NCBI GenBank assembly: GCA_964465805.1
Contig: CAYXLG010000003.1
Span: 1 to 49,791 of the forward strand
DNA length: 49,791 nt
Source of the DNA: an uncultured Muribaculaceae bacterium
GTDB taxonomy: Bacteria > Bacillota_I > Bacilli_A > RF39 > UBA660
Direction: 5' to 3'
Shown here: piece by piece, positions 32,279 through 42,362 of the stretch
Layout: the number at the start of each line of letters is the position of its first letter
How positions within the stretch are numbered: the stretch's first letter is position 1
Position numbers and translations under genes: made by a program
The notes under the pieces: generated by a model
Told to the model about the DNA's origin: nothing
What the model saw: the letters and a program-made list of their open reading frames with translations, nothing else
The model's database searches: none

Positions 32279-33046
32279 ATGATTATTGATACGCATTGCC
32301 ATTTATTCCAGGAATATTATGATAATTTAAGTACTGTCATTAATAAAATGAATAATAATATAATTATAGTAAGTGGTACTAATTATAAGACAAATAAAGA
32401 AGTAATTGGATTGTGTAATAAATACAATAATATTTTTGGAACACTAGGTTACCATCCATCAGAACTAAAAAATTTTAAATATGATGATTTAAAATTAATT
32501 GAAGAAAATATTGATAATCCCAAAATTGTTGGTATAGGTGAAATTGGACTAGATTACCATTGGCAAACAGATAATAAAGATTTTCAAAAAGAAATATTTG
32601 AGCAACAATTAAAGATAGCTAAAAGTAATAAAAAAACAGTAGTTGTTCATAGTCGAGATGCACTTGAAGACACATATAATATATTAAGTAAAAAAGAATA
32701 TAGAAACATGAAAATTATATTACATTGTTATAGTTATGATTTAGAAATGGCTAGAAAACTTACTAAAATCGGTATAATGTTAGGAGTAAGTGGTGTTGTA
32801 ACTTTTAAAAATGCAGAAAAGTTAGAAGATGTTGTTAAAAATATAGATTTAAATTTATTATTATTAGAAACTGATAGTCCTTATCTTACACCAGTGCCGT
32901 TTAGAGGAAAAACAAATGAACCAATAAATGTTATAATAGTTGCTAAAAAGGTTGCTGAAATTAAAAATATAAGTATGGAGGAGGTGTGTAAAATTACAAC
33001 TAATAATGCCATTCGTCAATTTGACTTAAATATCGATTTATGGTAA
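32279..33046 (+). CDS. tatD: TatD-family metal-dependent DNase/hydrolase (YabD)
   Basis: 255 aa with IDTHCHL, GEIGLDYH, HSRDA and ETDSPYL. It follows metG as in Bacillus. Confidence 0.9.
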   Translation: MIIDTHCHLFQEYYDNLSTVINKMNNNIIIVSGTNYKTNKEVIGLCNKYNNIFGTLGYHPSELKNFKYDDLKLIEENIDNPKIVGIGEIGLDYHWQTDNKDFQKEIFEQQLKIAKSNKKTVVVHSRDALEDTYNILSKKEYRNMKIILHCYSYDLEMARKLTKIGIMLGVSGVVTFKNAEKLEDVVKNIDLNLLLLETDSPYLTPVPFRGKTNEPINVIIVAKKVAEIKNISMEEVCKITTNNAIRQFDLNIDLW

Positions 33047-33082
33047 AATTTCATTGTTAGGGGATATTATGAGGTGAAATTT

Positions 33083-33784
33083 ATGAATTCATATTTACTA
33101 CATTTAGTTGGTAAATGGATAAGTTTATTAACGGTTTCAATAACATCGTTATTTGGTACCTACACACTAAATAATGTAGAGAATGTCAATACTAACGATA
33201 ATTTTAATAAGAGTTTAAATATAATATATACAGTTGTTGAATATGATACTATTGTAAATAAAAATGCTAAATTACCGTGGAATACTAAGCGTGTTATTGT
33301 TGAAGGTCAAGATGGTATTGTTTATGATAATAAAGAAAAGAATAGAGTTGAAGTAGTTAGAGAAGTTGTTAACGAAGTTATTGATTTAGGTACTGGTCCT
33401 AGCGGTAATTACTTCGGACGATTAACTGCTTATGGTGCTGATTGTAAGGGATGTAGTGGAATAGTTGCTTGCAAAACACCTTTAAATAAGTATTATAACC
33501 TTGATAAAGATGGAATTGTTTATAATGATACTGAATATGGAGAAATTAGAATTTTAGCAGCACCGCATGAGGTCTTCCCATGTGGAACAATAATAAAGGT
33601 AACTCGTGAATCTGATGAACCGTTTATGGGTGTTGTTATGGACACAGGGATTGCAATGAGAAAGGCTTGGAAAGAAAACAAAAAAATTATTATTGACTTA
33701 GCGTTTTCTTCAGAATTAGATCCAGAAGTTCCCAAAACAACAAGCAATAATGTTAATTATGAAGTTATGCGCTGGGGATGGTAA
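33083..33784 (+). CDS. YabE-like cell-wall protein (TM anchor, G5-like segment, C-terminal 3D domain)
   Basis: N-terminal TM, VIVEGQDGIVYD (G5-like), and the C-terminal GTIIKV...GVVMDTG...IIDLAF (3D domain). The ATG at 33083 follows GAGGTG. Synteny matches yabE. Confidence 0.65.
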   Translation: MNSYLLHLVGKWISLLTVSITSLFGTYTLNNVENVNTNDNFNKSLNIIYTVVEYDTIVNKNAKLPWNTKRVIVEGQDGIVYDNKEKNRVEVVREVVNEVIDLGTGPSGNYFGRLTAYGADCKGCSGIVACKTPLNKYYNLDKDGIVYNDTEYGEIRILAAPHEVFPCGTIIKVTRESDEPFMGVVMDTGIAMRKAWKENKKIIIDLAFSSELDPEVPKTTSNNVNYEVMRWGW

Positions 33785-33807
33785 GAAGACGTTACGTCTT
33801 CTTTTTA
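33783..33807 (+). terminator. Intrinsic terminator
   Basis: aagaagacg-tta-cgtcttctt hairpin plus a T run, overlapping the stop codon. Confidence 0.75.
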
Positions 33808-33827
33808 TTTCTGATAAGGAGGTTTTT

Positions 33828-34664
33828 ATGAATTGTTCGCCCAAAAAATCAATGGAAATGTTAAATAAACATAATTTTAAATTTAAAAAGAAATTTGGAC
33901 AAAATTTTATTGTAGATAAAAACATAATAGATTTAATTATTAATAAAAGTAATATTGATAAAAACACATTAGTTATTGAAATAGGACCAGGAAGTGGTGC
34001 ACTAACAAATGAATTAGCACATATTTCCAAAGATGTTTTATGTTATGAAATTGATATAACTTTAAAAAGTATATTAGAAAGCACACTTAAAAGATATAAT
34101 AATGTTAAGATAATATACGATGATTTTTTAAAAAGGGACGTTATGTCAGATATTAAAGATTATAATTATGAAAAACTTTATGTTGTTGCTAATCTTCCAT
34201 ATTATATTACAACCCCTATTATTATAAAATTAATAGAAGACAAGATTGACACTGATAAAATTGTTGTTATGGTTCAAAAAGAAGTTGGTGATCGTTTTCG
34301 TGCCAAACCGGGAACAAAAGATTATAATTCATTAACTATCTTTGTTAATTATTTTTTTAATGTGAGAAAAATAATTGATGTTAGTAGAAATGTTTTTATA
34401 CCCAAACCAAATGTTGATAGTATTGTTGTAGAGTTTATCAAAAAGGAAAATAAATTGCCTTTAAAAGATAGTGAGTTCTTTTTTGAGATGGTGTATGATT
34501 CGTTTCGTCAAAAAAGGAAAACAATTAAAAATAATTTAAAAGATTATGATATGGATAAAGTTGAAAAGATTCTTAAAAAACATAATATGGATTTATCAAT
34601 CCGTGCCGAACAAATTCCGATAGAAATTTTTGTAGAACTAGCAAATTGTTTGGTTAATGAGTAA
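33828..34664 (+). CDS. rsmA: 16S rRNA (adenine1518/1519-N6)-dimethyltransferase RsmA/KsgA
   Basis: KKKFGQNFIVD, EIGPGSGALT and NLPYYITTPI. The ATG at 33828 follows TAAGGAGG. The track start at 33750 crosses the upstream terminator. Confidence 0.92.
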   Translation: MNCSPKKSMEMLNKHNFKFKKKFGQNFIVDKNIIDLIINKSNIDKNTLVIEIGPGSGALTNELAHISKDVLCYEIDITLKSILESTLKRYNNVKIIYDDFLKRDVMSDIKDYNYEKLYVVANLPYYITTPIIIKLIEDKIDTDKIVVMVQKEVGDRFRAKPGTKDYNSLTIFVNYFFNVRKIIDVSRNVFIPKPNVDSIVVEFIKKENKLPLKDSEFFFEMVYDSFRQKRKTIKNNLKDYDMDKVEKILKKHNMDLSIRAEQIPIEIFVELANCLVNE

Positions 34665-35343
34665 TGGTGTTATGAATACACAAAAAATCAAAATAACAAA
34701 TAATAAGTGGGATAAAATACTACAAGAAGAATATAAAAAAGAATATTTTCAACAATTAATGAGTTTTCTTAAAAAAGAATACAAGAATAAGATGATATTT
34801 CCGGAATATAAAAATATTTTTAAGGCCTTTAGTATTACAGATTATGATGATGTTAAAGTTTTAATCTTAGGGCAAGATCCATATCATGGAATTAATCAAG
34901 CTCATGGGTTATCATTTTCGGTCTTAAACAAACAAAAAAAGCCACCTTCTTTGAAAAATATTTTCAAAGAACTAAAAAATGATTTAGGGATAAACCGTGA
35001 TAATAGTGATTTAAGTAATTGGGCGAGACAAGGAGTTTTACTCTTAAATTCAATTTTGACAGTTGAAAAGGATAAACCTCTTTCACATAAAAATATAGGT
35101 TGGGAAAAATTCACTGATTACATAATTGAAATTTTAAATGATAAAAAAGAACCAATTATTTTTGTTTTGTGGGGAAATTACGCAAAGTCTAAGAAGTATT
35201 TAATTACTAATGAAAAACACATAATCATAGAAGGATTTCATCCTTCACCATTATCAGCAAGTCGTGGATTTTTTGGTAGTAAACCATTTTCAAAAATAAA
35301 TACTTATCTCGAAGAAATTGGTAATAAACCCATAAAATGGTGA
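34657..35343 (+). CDS. ung: Uracil-DNA glycosylase
   Basis: Motifs GQDPYHG, GVLLLN and HPSPLSA. An alternative start is M at 34672. Confidence 0.93.
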   Translation: MSNGVMNTQKIKITNNKWDKILQEEYKKEYFQQLMSFLKKEYKNKMIFPEYKNIFKAFSITDYDDVKVLILGQDPYHGINQAHGLSFSVLNKQKKPPSLKNIFKELKNDLGINRDNSDLSNWARQGVLLLNSILTVEKDKPLSHKNIGWEKFTDYIIEILNDKKEPIIFVLWGNYAKSKKYLITNEKHIIIEGFHPSPLSASRGFFGSKPFSKINTYLEEIGNKPIKW

Positions 35344-35396
35344 ATTAACTTGATATCATCTTTTAAATATAATAAAATAAAAATAGAGGTGTTATA

Positions 35397-36722
35397 ATGG
35401 AAAATGTATATAATTATTTAATGAATGAAATGGGTATAGAATATGGCGATTCAGTAGTAGTTGGTGTGTCAGGTGGACCAGATTCTATGGCTTTGTTACA
35501 TCTTTTAAGTCGTTTAAAAAAAATTCTAGAAATACAAGTGGTATGTGCTCATGTTCACCATAATCTTCGTAAAGAAAGTGATGAGGAAAAAAAGTTTGTT
35601 GAGCGCTTTTGTGCAAATAACGGAATTGTTTTTGAATGGCACAAAATTGAAGATTACGGGGATGATAATTTTCATAATGAAGCTAGAAGTATTAGATATA
35701 ATTATTTTGCTAAAATTGTTAAAAAATATAATGCTAAATATTTATTTACAGCTCATCATGCTGATGATTTAATGGAAACCATATTAATGCGTATTGTTAG
35801 AGGTTCAACTTTAAGAGGATATAGTGGTTTTTCAAAAGTAGTAAATATGGGAGACTATACTATTGTTCGACCTCTTATCAATATTACTAAAGAAGAAGTA
35901 TATGAATATACTAAGAAAAATAAAATTGATTATGTAGTAGATAATTCAAATTTTAAAGATGTTTATACTCGTAATCGTTTTAGAAAATATATCGTACCTA
36001 CTTTTAAAAAGGAAGATCCAAGAGTTCATGAAAAATTTTATAAATTCAGTACAACTTTGCTAGAATATAATGATTATATTGATCAACAAGTTCAAAAAAA
36101 ACTAAAGAAAATATACCCACAAAATGTTTTAAATATAGAAGAATTTTTAAAAGAAGAACGTGTTATTAAAATGAAAATTATTTATTACATTTTGGAAAAA
36201 ATATATCAAGATGATTTGATGTTAATAACCGATAGGCATGCGAAATTACTATATAATTTAATTCATTCTAAGCGTGCTAATGTAAAAATATATTTACCAA
36301 ATAATGTTAGGGCGATTAAATCTTATAATACTTTTGTTGTTGTGCAAGATGAAATGAAAAGTAATGAATATGAAATTGAATTAATTAATTATATGAATTT
36401 ACCTAATGGACATAATATAGAGATTGTAACTGAAGCTGATTCAAATAGTAATTATTACTGTCGTCTTGACAGTAGTGAGGTGACTTTACCATTGCATGTA
36501 CGCTCAAGGAAAAATGGTGACAAAATGTATGTTAAAGGAATGTTAGGTCGTAAAAAGATTAATGATATTTTTATTGATGAAAAAATTTCCGTAAAAGAAA
36601 GAGATTTATGGCCTATAGTTGTAGATTCAACAGGGGTAATTGTTTGGTTACCGGGGTTAAAAAAATCTAAATTTAATAAATCAAAATCTGAAAAGTATGA
36701 TATAATACTAAGGTACTATTAA
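35397..36722 (+). CDS. tilS: tRNA(Ile)-lysidine synthetase
   Basis: 441 aa with the PP-loop VGVSGGPDS and a C-terminal TilS domain (GDKM...KKI...DEKI). Confidence 0.92.
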   Translation: MENVYNYLMNEMGIEYGDSVVVGVSGGPDSMALLHLLSRLKKILEIQVVCAHVHHNLRKESDEEKKFVERFCANNGIVFEWHKIEDYGDDNFHNEARSIRYNYFAKIVKKYNAKYLFTAHHADDLMETILMRIVRGSTLRGYSGFSKVVNMGDYTIVRPLINITKEEVYEYTKKNKIDYVVDNSNFKDVYTRNRFRKYIVPTFKKEDPRVHEKFYKFSTTLLEYNDYIDQQVQKKLKKIYPQNVLNIEEFLKEERVIKMKIIYYILEKIYQDDLMLITDRHAKLLYNLIHSKRANVKIYLPNNVRAIKSYNTFVVVQDEMKSNEYEIELINYMNLPNGHNIEIVTEADSNSNYYCRLDSSEVTLPLHVRSRKNGDKMYVKGMLGRKKINDIFIDEKISVKERDLWPIVVDSTGVIVWLPGLKKSKFNKSKSEKYDIILRYY

Positions 36723-36736
36723 GGAAGGAGATTATA

Positions 36737-38710
36737 ATGAATAAAAAAGTAGTGAAAAAAGGATTATATCCATATTTAGTGTTATTTTTAATAATGCTTT
36801 CAATTATGTATGTATTTGGTAATGCAAATTTAAAAACTAATACATTAACATATGATTCATTTATGGAGTTTGTAAATAAAGAAGAGGTTAAAGAAATAAT
36901 AATTACACCTCGAACTAGAGCTAATGTCTATGAGATAAAAGGAAAATTAAAAAATTATGATGAAAACGAAAGTTTTATTTTAAAAGTTCCGTTATCAAAT
37001 GAAGTTATTTCAAAAATATTTAATGCTGAAGAGCAATATAATTTCAAGGTTGATACTAAAGTTGACCCAGAATCAGGAACATTTTTATTATTCTTAGTTA
37101 ATATTTTACCAATGTTATTATTGATTGGTTTTGCATTTGCATTTGTTAAAAAACAAGTAGGTACAGCTAATAGTTCAATGGATTTTGGAAAGAGTCGTGC
37201 TAAATTAAATCCTGACTCAAATAAAGTTACATTTGAAGATGTTGCAGGATTAACAGAAGAAAAAGAAGAAGTTTCCGAATTAATTGATTTCTTAAAAAAT
37301 CCTAAAAAGTTTCAACGTTTAGGAGCAAGAATACCAAAAGGTGTTTTATTAGTTGGTCCTCCAGGAACTGGAAAAACCTTATTAGCCAGAGCTGTTGCAG
37401 GTGAGGCTAGTGTACCATTTTACTATATAAGTGGTTCTGATTTTGTTGAATTATTTGTTGGTGTTGGTGCTAGTCGTGTTAGAGATATGTTTAAACAAGC
37501 TAAGCATAACGCCCCTTGTTTAATATTTATTGATGAAATAGATGCTGTTGGTCGTCAAAGAGGGGCTGGTTTAGGTGGTGGACATGATGAAAGAGAACAA
37601 ACTTTAAACCAGTTATTAACAGAAATGGATGGTTTTGGTGCAAACGAAGGAATTATAATAATTGCAGCTACTAACCGTCCTGATGTTTTAGATCCTGCAT
37701 TATTAAGACCAGGTCGTTTTGACCGTCAAGTTACAGTTAATTTACCTGATGCAAAAGGTCGTGAAGAAATATTAGCGGTTCATGCTAAAGGAAAAATTTT
37801 TGCAAAAGGTGTTACTCTATCTAATATAGCTAAAAGAACGGTTGGTTTTAGCGGGGCAGATTTAGAAAATTTATTAAACGAAGCTGCTTTGTTAGCTGTT
37901 AGACGTGATAAAGATTGTATTAATATGGAAGAAATAGATGAAGCGCACGACCGTGTGTTAATGGGTCCTGCTAAAAAGACTAAAAAATATACTGAAAACG
38001 AGAAAAAATTGGTTGCATATCATGAAGCAGGTCATGTAGTTTTAGGATTAAAATTAAGTGATGCGAATGTTGTTCAAAAAGTTACAATTATTCCAAGAAG
38101 TTATGCAGGTGGATATGCTTTAATGTTGCCAAAAGAAGAAAGATATACATCAACTAAAAAAGAATTATTAGAAAGAATCGCTGGTCTTCTTGGTGGAAGA
38201 GTTGCTGAAGAAGTAGTTTTTAATGAAATAACAACAGGAGCTCACAATGACTTTGAAAAAGCAACAAAAATAGCACGTGCTATGGTTACAGAATATGGTA
38301 TGAGTAGTTTAGGACCTGTTCAATTTGAGCATCAAGAATCAAGTGTTTTCTTAGGCAGAGATTATAACAAAAGTAGAAATTTTTCAAGCCAAGTGGCTTA
38401 TCAAATTGATGAAGAAGTTAGAAAAATAATTGGTGAGCAATATGAGGTGGCAAAAAATATTATTAAAGAAAACATTGATTTGTTAGAATTAATTGCAGAA
38501 ACTTTAATTGAATGTGAAACTTTAACAAAAGAACAAATTGAATATTTAGTAGAGCATGGATGTATGCCAGAAGATGTTGAGGAGAAAGAAATAACAGAAA
38601 ACTTAGAGGATTTAACCGTAGCTAAATTAAAGGAACTTGCAAAATTAAAAAATATTTCTGGATACAGCAAGATGAATAAAAGTGAATTAATTGATAAATT
38701 AAAAGAGTGA
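36737..38710 (+). CDS. ftsH: ATP-dependent zinc metalloprotease FtsH, with a C-terminal Rho_N/SAP-like tail
   Basis: Two TM segments, Walker A GPPGTGKT, an SRH region, and the Zn site HEAGH. The last ~35 aa, [30 protein letters not shown], resemble the Rho N-terminal helix-extended-helix motif. Confidence 0.96.
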   Translation: MNKKVVKKGLYPYLVLFLIMLSIMYVFGNANLKTNTLTYDSFMEFVNKEEVKEIIITPRTRANVYEIKGKLKNYDENESFILKVPLSNEVISKIFNAEEQYNFKVDTKVDPESGTFLLFLVNILPMLLLIGFAFAFVKKQVGTANSSMDFGKSRAKLNPDSNKVTFEDVAGLTEEKEEVSELIDFLKNPKKFQRLGARIPKGVLLVGPPGTGKTLLARAVAGEASVPFYYISGSDFVELFVGVGASRVRDMFKQAKHNAPCLIFIDEIDAVGRQRGAGLGGGHDEREQTLNQLLTEMDGFGANEGIIIIAATNRPDVLDPALLRPGRFDRQVTVNLPDAKGREEILAVHAKGKIFAKGVTLSNIAKRTVGFSGADLENLLNEAALLAVRRDKDCINMEEIDEAHDRVLMGPAKKTKKYTENEKKLVAYHEAGHVVLGLKLSDANVVQKVTIIPRSYAGGYALMLPKEERYTSTKKELLERIAGLLGGRVAEEVVFNEITTGAHNDFEKATKIARAMVTEYGMSSLGPVQFEHQESSVFLGRDYNKSRNFSSQVAYQIDEEVRKIIGEQYEVAKNIIKENIDLLELIAETLIECETLTKEQIEYLVEHGCMPEDVEEKEITENLEDLTVAKLKELAKLKNISGYSKMNKSELIDKLKE

Positions 38711-38724
38711 TACCACTCTTTTTT
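38702..38724 (+). terminator. Intrinsic terminator after ftsH
   Basis: aaagagtg-atac-cactcttt hairpin plus a T run. Confidence 0.65.
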
Positions 38725-38811
38725 CATGTTTATTAAGAAACTTTCAAAAAATAATTGCAAATATTGATTTATTTGGTTATAATAATATTGGAGAATAAAA
38801 GGAGGGAAAAA

Positions 38812-39423
38812 ATGGAGAAGATAACTTTAATTAATACAAATAACGAACCAATAGATGCTCATGTTATTCGTTATTTTGAATTAAATAATAGTAACTATTT
38901 AATTTACTCATTAAATGAAATTGATGAACAAAATTATCTGAAGTTGTATGCAGTAAAAGTAGAAAACCAAAATGGTTCATTGTTCAGTTCTAATATAACT
39001 AATGATGCTGATTGGAGTGCTATTAAAGAACTGATTAAGGTGATTATTAGAGGTAATAAAAATGGTGTAGCAGAAGTAAATGATTTAAATTATAATGAAT
39101 TAGAATCATTAAAAATAAACGAAATGCGTGTGTTTAAGTTAGCTAATCAATTAGCAGAATTATTGGCTGCTAATAAGAAGGTGACAGAAGAAAAACCACA
39201 AATCGAAATTGAACCTATTGCTATTGAGCCAATTGTAAATCCTGAAGTTAATATTGAAACTGAACCGATTGTTCAAACACCTGAGCCTGCTGAAACAACA
39301 GAAGATAAACAACAAAATGTAGAAGCAGATTATTATAAAAATTTATATCTTAAAGAAAAAGAAAAAAATGAAGATTTAAATAATAAATTAAATGAAATCA
39401 AAAAACTTTTAGGAGCAATATAA
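38812..39423 (+). CDS. Hypothetical protein with an acidic Pro/Glu/Ile-rich repeat linker and a coiled-coil tail
   Basis: Start MEKITLIN follows AAAGGAGGG. A TTGCAA-17-TATAAT promoter lies at 38755-38783. It contains IEIEPIAIEPIVNPEVNIETEPIVQTPEPAE. I do not recognise the family with confidence. Confidence 0.6.
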   Translation: MEKITLINTNNEPIDAHVIRYFELNNSNYLIYSLNEIDEQNYLKLYAVKVENQNGSLFSSNITNDADWSAIKELIKVIIRGNKNGVAEVNDLNYNELESLKINEMRVFKLANQLAELLAANKKVTEEKPQIEIEPIAIEPIVNPEVNIETEPIVQTPEPAETTEDKQQNVEADYYKNLYLKEKEKNEDLNNKLNEIKKLLGAI

Positions 39424-39454
39424 AAAAATAGAATTGTTAATCAATTCTATTTTT
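39424..39454. terminator. Bidirectional terminator between convergent genes
   Basis: atagaattg/caattctat stem flanked by A and T runs. Confidence 0.65.
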
Positions 39455-39922
39455 GTGTGCTAATCTACTAGCAGCAGATGAAGCAATCGCGCATATAATA
39501 TCATCAAGAAATGTATGGCATTGCTTTTTTTCTTTTCCTAATTTATCAAGTTTGCCGATTATACCAGGTTTAACCTTATCTAAATAACCAAAGTTAGTAA
39601 AAGCAATAGAACCATAAATGTTTACTATACTAAGCGGTAATATTTCATCAATACCATAAAGGGAATCATCATTTTTGATTATATTGTTAATTATTTCATC
39701 AAACAAATTTTTTTCAACCGCTTCATCGATCGCAATGGCTGTTAAGATAGCATGTGTAACCTCTCTTTTATCAATAACACTATAAACCGTGCTAATACAG
39801 TCTTTTTCTGTAAGTTTTTCTATATATTGTTTTTGTAAATCGAAAACAATAAGTGCTATATCTTTAATTTCAACATTTCTTTCATTTAATTTTTGAATTG
39901 CTACTTCTTTTAAATTATTCAT
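39437..39922 (-). CDS. Phosphatidylglycerophosphatase A-like protein (YutG family)
   Basis: Start MNNLKEV follows GGAGGA. LYGIDEILPLSIVNIYGSIAFTNFGYLDKVKPGI...CHTFLDDIICAIASSAASRLAH parallels recalled B. subtilis YutG. The track start at 40045 is an extension. Confidence 0.75.
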   Translation of the reverse strand: MNNLKEVAIQKLNERNVEIKDIALIVFDLQKQYIEKLTEKDCISTVYSVIDKREVTHAILTAIAIDEAVEKNLFDEIINNIIKNDDSLYGIDEILPLSIVNIYGSIAFTNFGYLDKVKPGIIGKLDKLGKEKKQCHTFLDDIICAIASSAASRLAHKNRID

Positions 39923-39979
39923 TTTAGTCCTCCAATCATAAAATAATAATAATTTCATAAAATTAGTTGAGGTGAATAT

Positions 39980-40885
39980 ATGAAAAATACAATTAATTAT
40001 TTTTATAACATTCAACCTGAAAATATTCACCAACATGAAAAACAATTTAGATTTAGAATTAATAACAATAATTATGCTTTTTTACCTTGCTACCGCCCGG
40101 AAAATGAGATAAGAGAATTACAAATTTTAAGTACTTCTTTATTTTTACAAGGTATATATTGTCATCAATTTGTTTTAAATATTAATTCTTCTATAATAAC
40201 CGATGTAAATAATGTTCCTTATGTTTTATTATTAGTACATACAAATGATAAACGTCTTGTTACTTTAGATGATTTAATATGGTTTTCCAACATTAATATA
40301 TCTCCAACCAACGATTTGTTAAAAAAAGATAATTGGTTTTTGTTATGGACTGAGAAAATAGATTATTTTGAATATCAAGTTAGTCAATTTGGAAAAAGTT
40401 TTCCATTAATACGTGAAAGTTTTAGTTATTTTGTTGGTATGGCTGAAACAAGTATAAGTTTTTTAAGAAATACCAATACTAATAATAACAAAATACTGTC
40501 TGTATCACATGGTAGAATAAAAAGTAACAGTACGATTTTTGACTTGTATAATCCTTTAAATTTTATTATTGATAGTAAAGTAAGAAATATTTGTGAATAC
40601 TTTAAGGATCAATTTTTTAAAGGTAATGATATAATTGATGATCTTTTTAACTATATTTCATCTAGTAATTTTGCTACCTCTGATTATATGTTATTATATG
40701 CAAGAATGCTTTTTCCTACCTTTTATTTTGATGTATATGAGCTTGTTATTCATGGATACATAGAGGAAAAGGAAATTCTTAGTATTATTCAAAGGATCAG
40801 TGATTATGAGTTGTTTTTAAAATATTTACATGATTATTTAAAACAATTTGTTATGATTCCGAATATCGAGTGGATAACCAGATAA
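39980..40885 (+). CDS. CotS/YutH-family spore-coat kinase-like protein
   Basis: 301 aa, divergent from the yutG-like gene exactly as yutH is in Bacillus. The N-terminal pattern is similar to recalled YutH. Similarity is judged by eye only. Confidence 0.5.
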   Translation: MKNTINYFYNIQPENIHQHEKQFRFRINNNNYAFLPCYRPENEIRELQILSTSLFLQGIYCHQFVLNINSSIITDVNNVPYVLLLVHTNDKRLVTLDDLIWFSNINISPTNDLLKKDNWFLLWTEKIDYFEYQVSQFGKSFPLIRESFSYFVGMAETSISFLRNTNTNNNKILSVSHGRIKSNSTIFDLYNPLNFIIDSKVRNICEYFKDQFFKGNDIIDDLFNYISSSNFATSDYMLLYARMLFPTFYFDVYELVIHGYIEEKEILSIIQRISDYELFLKYLHDYLKQFVMIPNIEWITR

Positions 40886-40889
40886 ATTA

Positions 40890-41120
40890 TTAACTACAAT
40901 TTATTACTTCTTTTATTTCTGGAACTTCGTTTTTAATAGCGGTTTCAATAACTTCTTTTATAGTAACATTAACCATTGGGCAACCGGAACAAGCACCTAA
41001 TAATTTAATATAAACAATATTATCCTCTAGTTTAACAAATTCTACATTCCCTCCATCACTAATTAGAAAGGGTCTTAATTCATTAATTAATTTAATAATT
41101 TTTTCTTCATTATTTTGCAT
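40890..41120 (-). CDS. NifU-like (Nfu C-terminal domain) Fe-S scaffold protein, YutI family
   Basis: 76 aa with DGGNVEFV and CSGCPM motifs. Confidence 0.85.
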   Translation of the reverse strand: MQNNEEKIIKLINELRPFLISDGGNVEFVKLEDNIVYIKLLGACSGCPMVNVTIKEVIETAIKNEVPEIKEVINCS

Positions 41121-41218
41121 ATTATACCTCCTATTTCATTATATATTAATATTTTAAGATAGTAAATAGTTTTTAAATTAATTGAGTTTTGTGCTATAAT
41201 AAAAATAGAGGTGTAATA

Positions 41219-41587
41219 ATGACTAAATATAAGAAAGGAAAAATTGTTAAAGGTACAGTTACGGGTATGGAATCATATGGAATTTTTGTATCATTAGATG
41301 AATTTTACAGTGGATTGATACATATTTCTGAAATTTCTCATAGTTATGTAAGAAATATTAATGATTATGTAGAAATTGGTGATATAATATATATGGAGAT
41401 TCTTGAGGTTGATGAAAAATTATCGCAACTTAAATTAAGCATAAAAAACATTAATTATAAGAGAACTGGTAATTTTAGAAAGAAAAAAATTAAAGAAACT
41501 AGTTTGGGTTTCAAGACATTACAAAAAAAATTACCATATTGGATAGAAGAAAATATAAAAAAAACGACAAATGTTGTTGACAAATAA
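41219..41587 (+). CDS. yugI: S1 RNA-binding domain protein (YugI / general stress protein 13-like)
   Basis: Start MTKYKKGKIVKGTVTG follows GAGGTG. It has an S1 fold (YGIFVSL...GLIHISEIS) and a C-terminal GFKTLQKKLPYWIEE matching the recalled YugI tail. Confidence 0.8.
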   Translation: MTKYKKGKIVKGTVTGMESYGIFVSLDEFYSGLIHISEISHSYVRNINDYVEIGDIIYMEILEVDEKLSQLKLSIKNINYKRTGNFRKKKIKETSLGFKTLQKKLPYWIEENIKKTTNVVDK

Positions 41588-41605
41588 AATTATAAATGAT
41601 ATATT
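41577..41605 (+). promoter_or_regulatory. Promoter of the tRNA array (TTGACA-17-TATATT)
   Basis: The hexamers are read directly. The -35 lies inside the end of the S1-protein CDS. Confidence 0.55.
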
Positions 41606-41625
41606 ATTTTACGTCCAGTGGTTTT

Positions 41626-41702
41626 GGGTGATTAGCTCAGTTGGTTAGAGCACCTGCCTTACAAGCAGGGGGTCGTAAGTTCGAGTCTTACATCGCCCAC
41701 CA
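41626..41702 (+). tRNA. tRNA-Val (anticodon TAC)
   Basis: Acceptor GGGTGAT/ATCGCCC, anticodon loop CTTACAA, T-loop GTTCGAGTC, encoded CCA. Confidence 0.9.
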
Positions 41703-41703
41703 T

Positions 41704-41780
<77 letters not shown>

Positions 41781-41786
41781 TTAGTT

Positions 41787-41870
41787 GGAGGGATAGCGAA
41801 GTGGTCAAACGCGGCAGACTGTAAATCTGTTCCTTCGGGTTCGATGGTTCAAATCCATCTCCCTCCACCA
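41787..41870 (+). tRNA. tRNA-Tyr (anticodon GTA)
   Basis: Acceptor GGAGGGA/TCCCTCC, anticodon loop CTGTAAA, long variable arm, encoded CCA. Confidence 0.9.
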
Positions 41871-41884
41871 TTAATATTTGACCT

Positions 41885-41959
41885 TGCCTCGTAGCCAAGC
41901 GGTAAGGCACCACACTTTGACTGTGGCATGCGCTAGTTCGAATCTAGCCGAGGCAGCCA
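41885..41959 (+). tRNA. tRNA-Gln (anticodon TTG)
   Basis: Acceptor TGCCTCG/CGAGGCA, anticodon loop CTTTGAC, encoded CCA. Confidence 0.88.
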
Positions 41960-41966
41960 TTTTTAT

Positions 41967-42042
41967 GTCCCGTTAGCTCAGTCGGTAGAGCATTTGACTT
42001 TTAATCAAAGGGTCACAAGTTCGATTCTTGTACGGGACACCA
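41967..42042 (+). tRNA. tRNA-Lys (anticodon TTT)
   Basis: Acceptor GTCCCGT/ACGGGAC, anticodon loop CTTTTAA, encoded CCA. Confidence 0.9.
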
Positions 42043-42051
42043 TTCTTTTTT

Positions 42052-42140
42052 GCCTGAGTGGCGGAACAGGTAGACGCACAGGACTTAAAATCCTGGGAGA
42101 CTCAAATCTCGTGCCGGTTCAATTCCGGCCTTAGGCACCA
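42052..42140 (+). tRNA. tRNA-Leu (anticodon TAA)
   Basis: Acceptor GCCTGAG/CTTAGGC, anticodon loop CTTAAAA, long variable arm, encoded CCA. Confidence 0.9.
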
Positions 42141-42169
42141 TTATAATTTTTAGATTAAATCTATATTAT

Positions 42170-42262
42170 GGAGAAATACCCAAGTCTGGTTGAAGGGGCC
42201 GGTCTTGAAAACCGGGAGGTCGGTAATACGGCGCGGGGGTTCGAATCCCTCTTTCTCCGCCA
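42170..42262 (+). tRNA. tRNA-Ser (anticodon TGA)
   Basis: Acceptor GGAGAAA/TTTCTCC, anticodon loop CTTGAAA, long variable arm, encoded CCA. Confidence 0.9.
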
Positions 42263-42280
42263 TAAAGATTTAATCAATAT

Positions 42281-42357
<77 letters not shown>

Positions 42358-42362
42358 TATTT

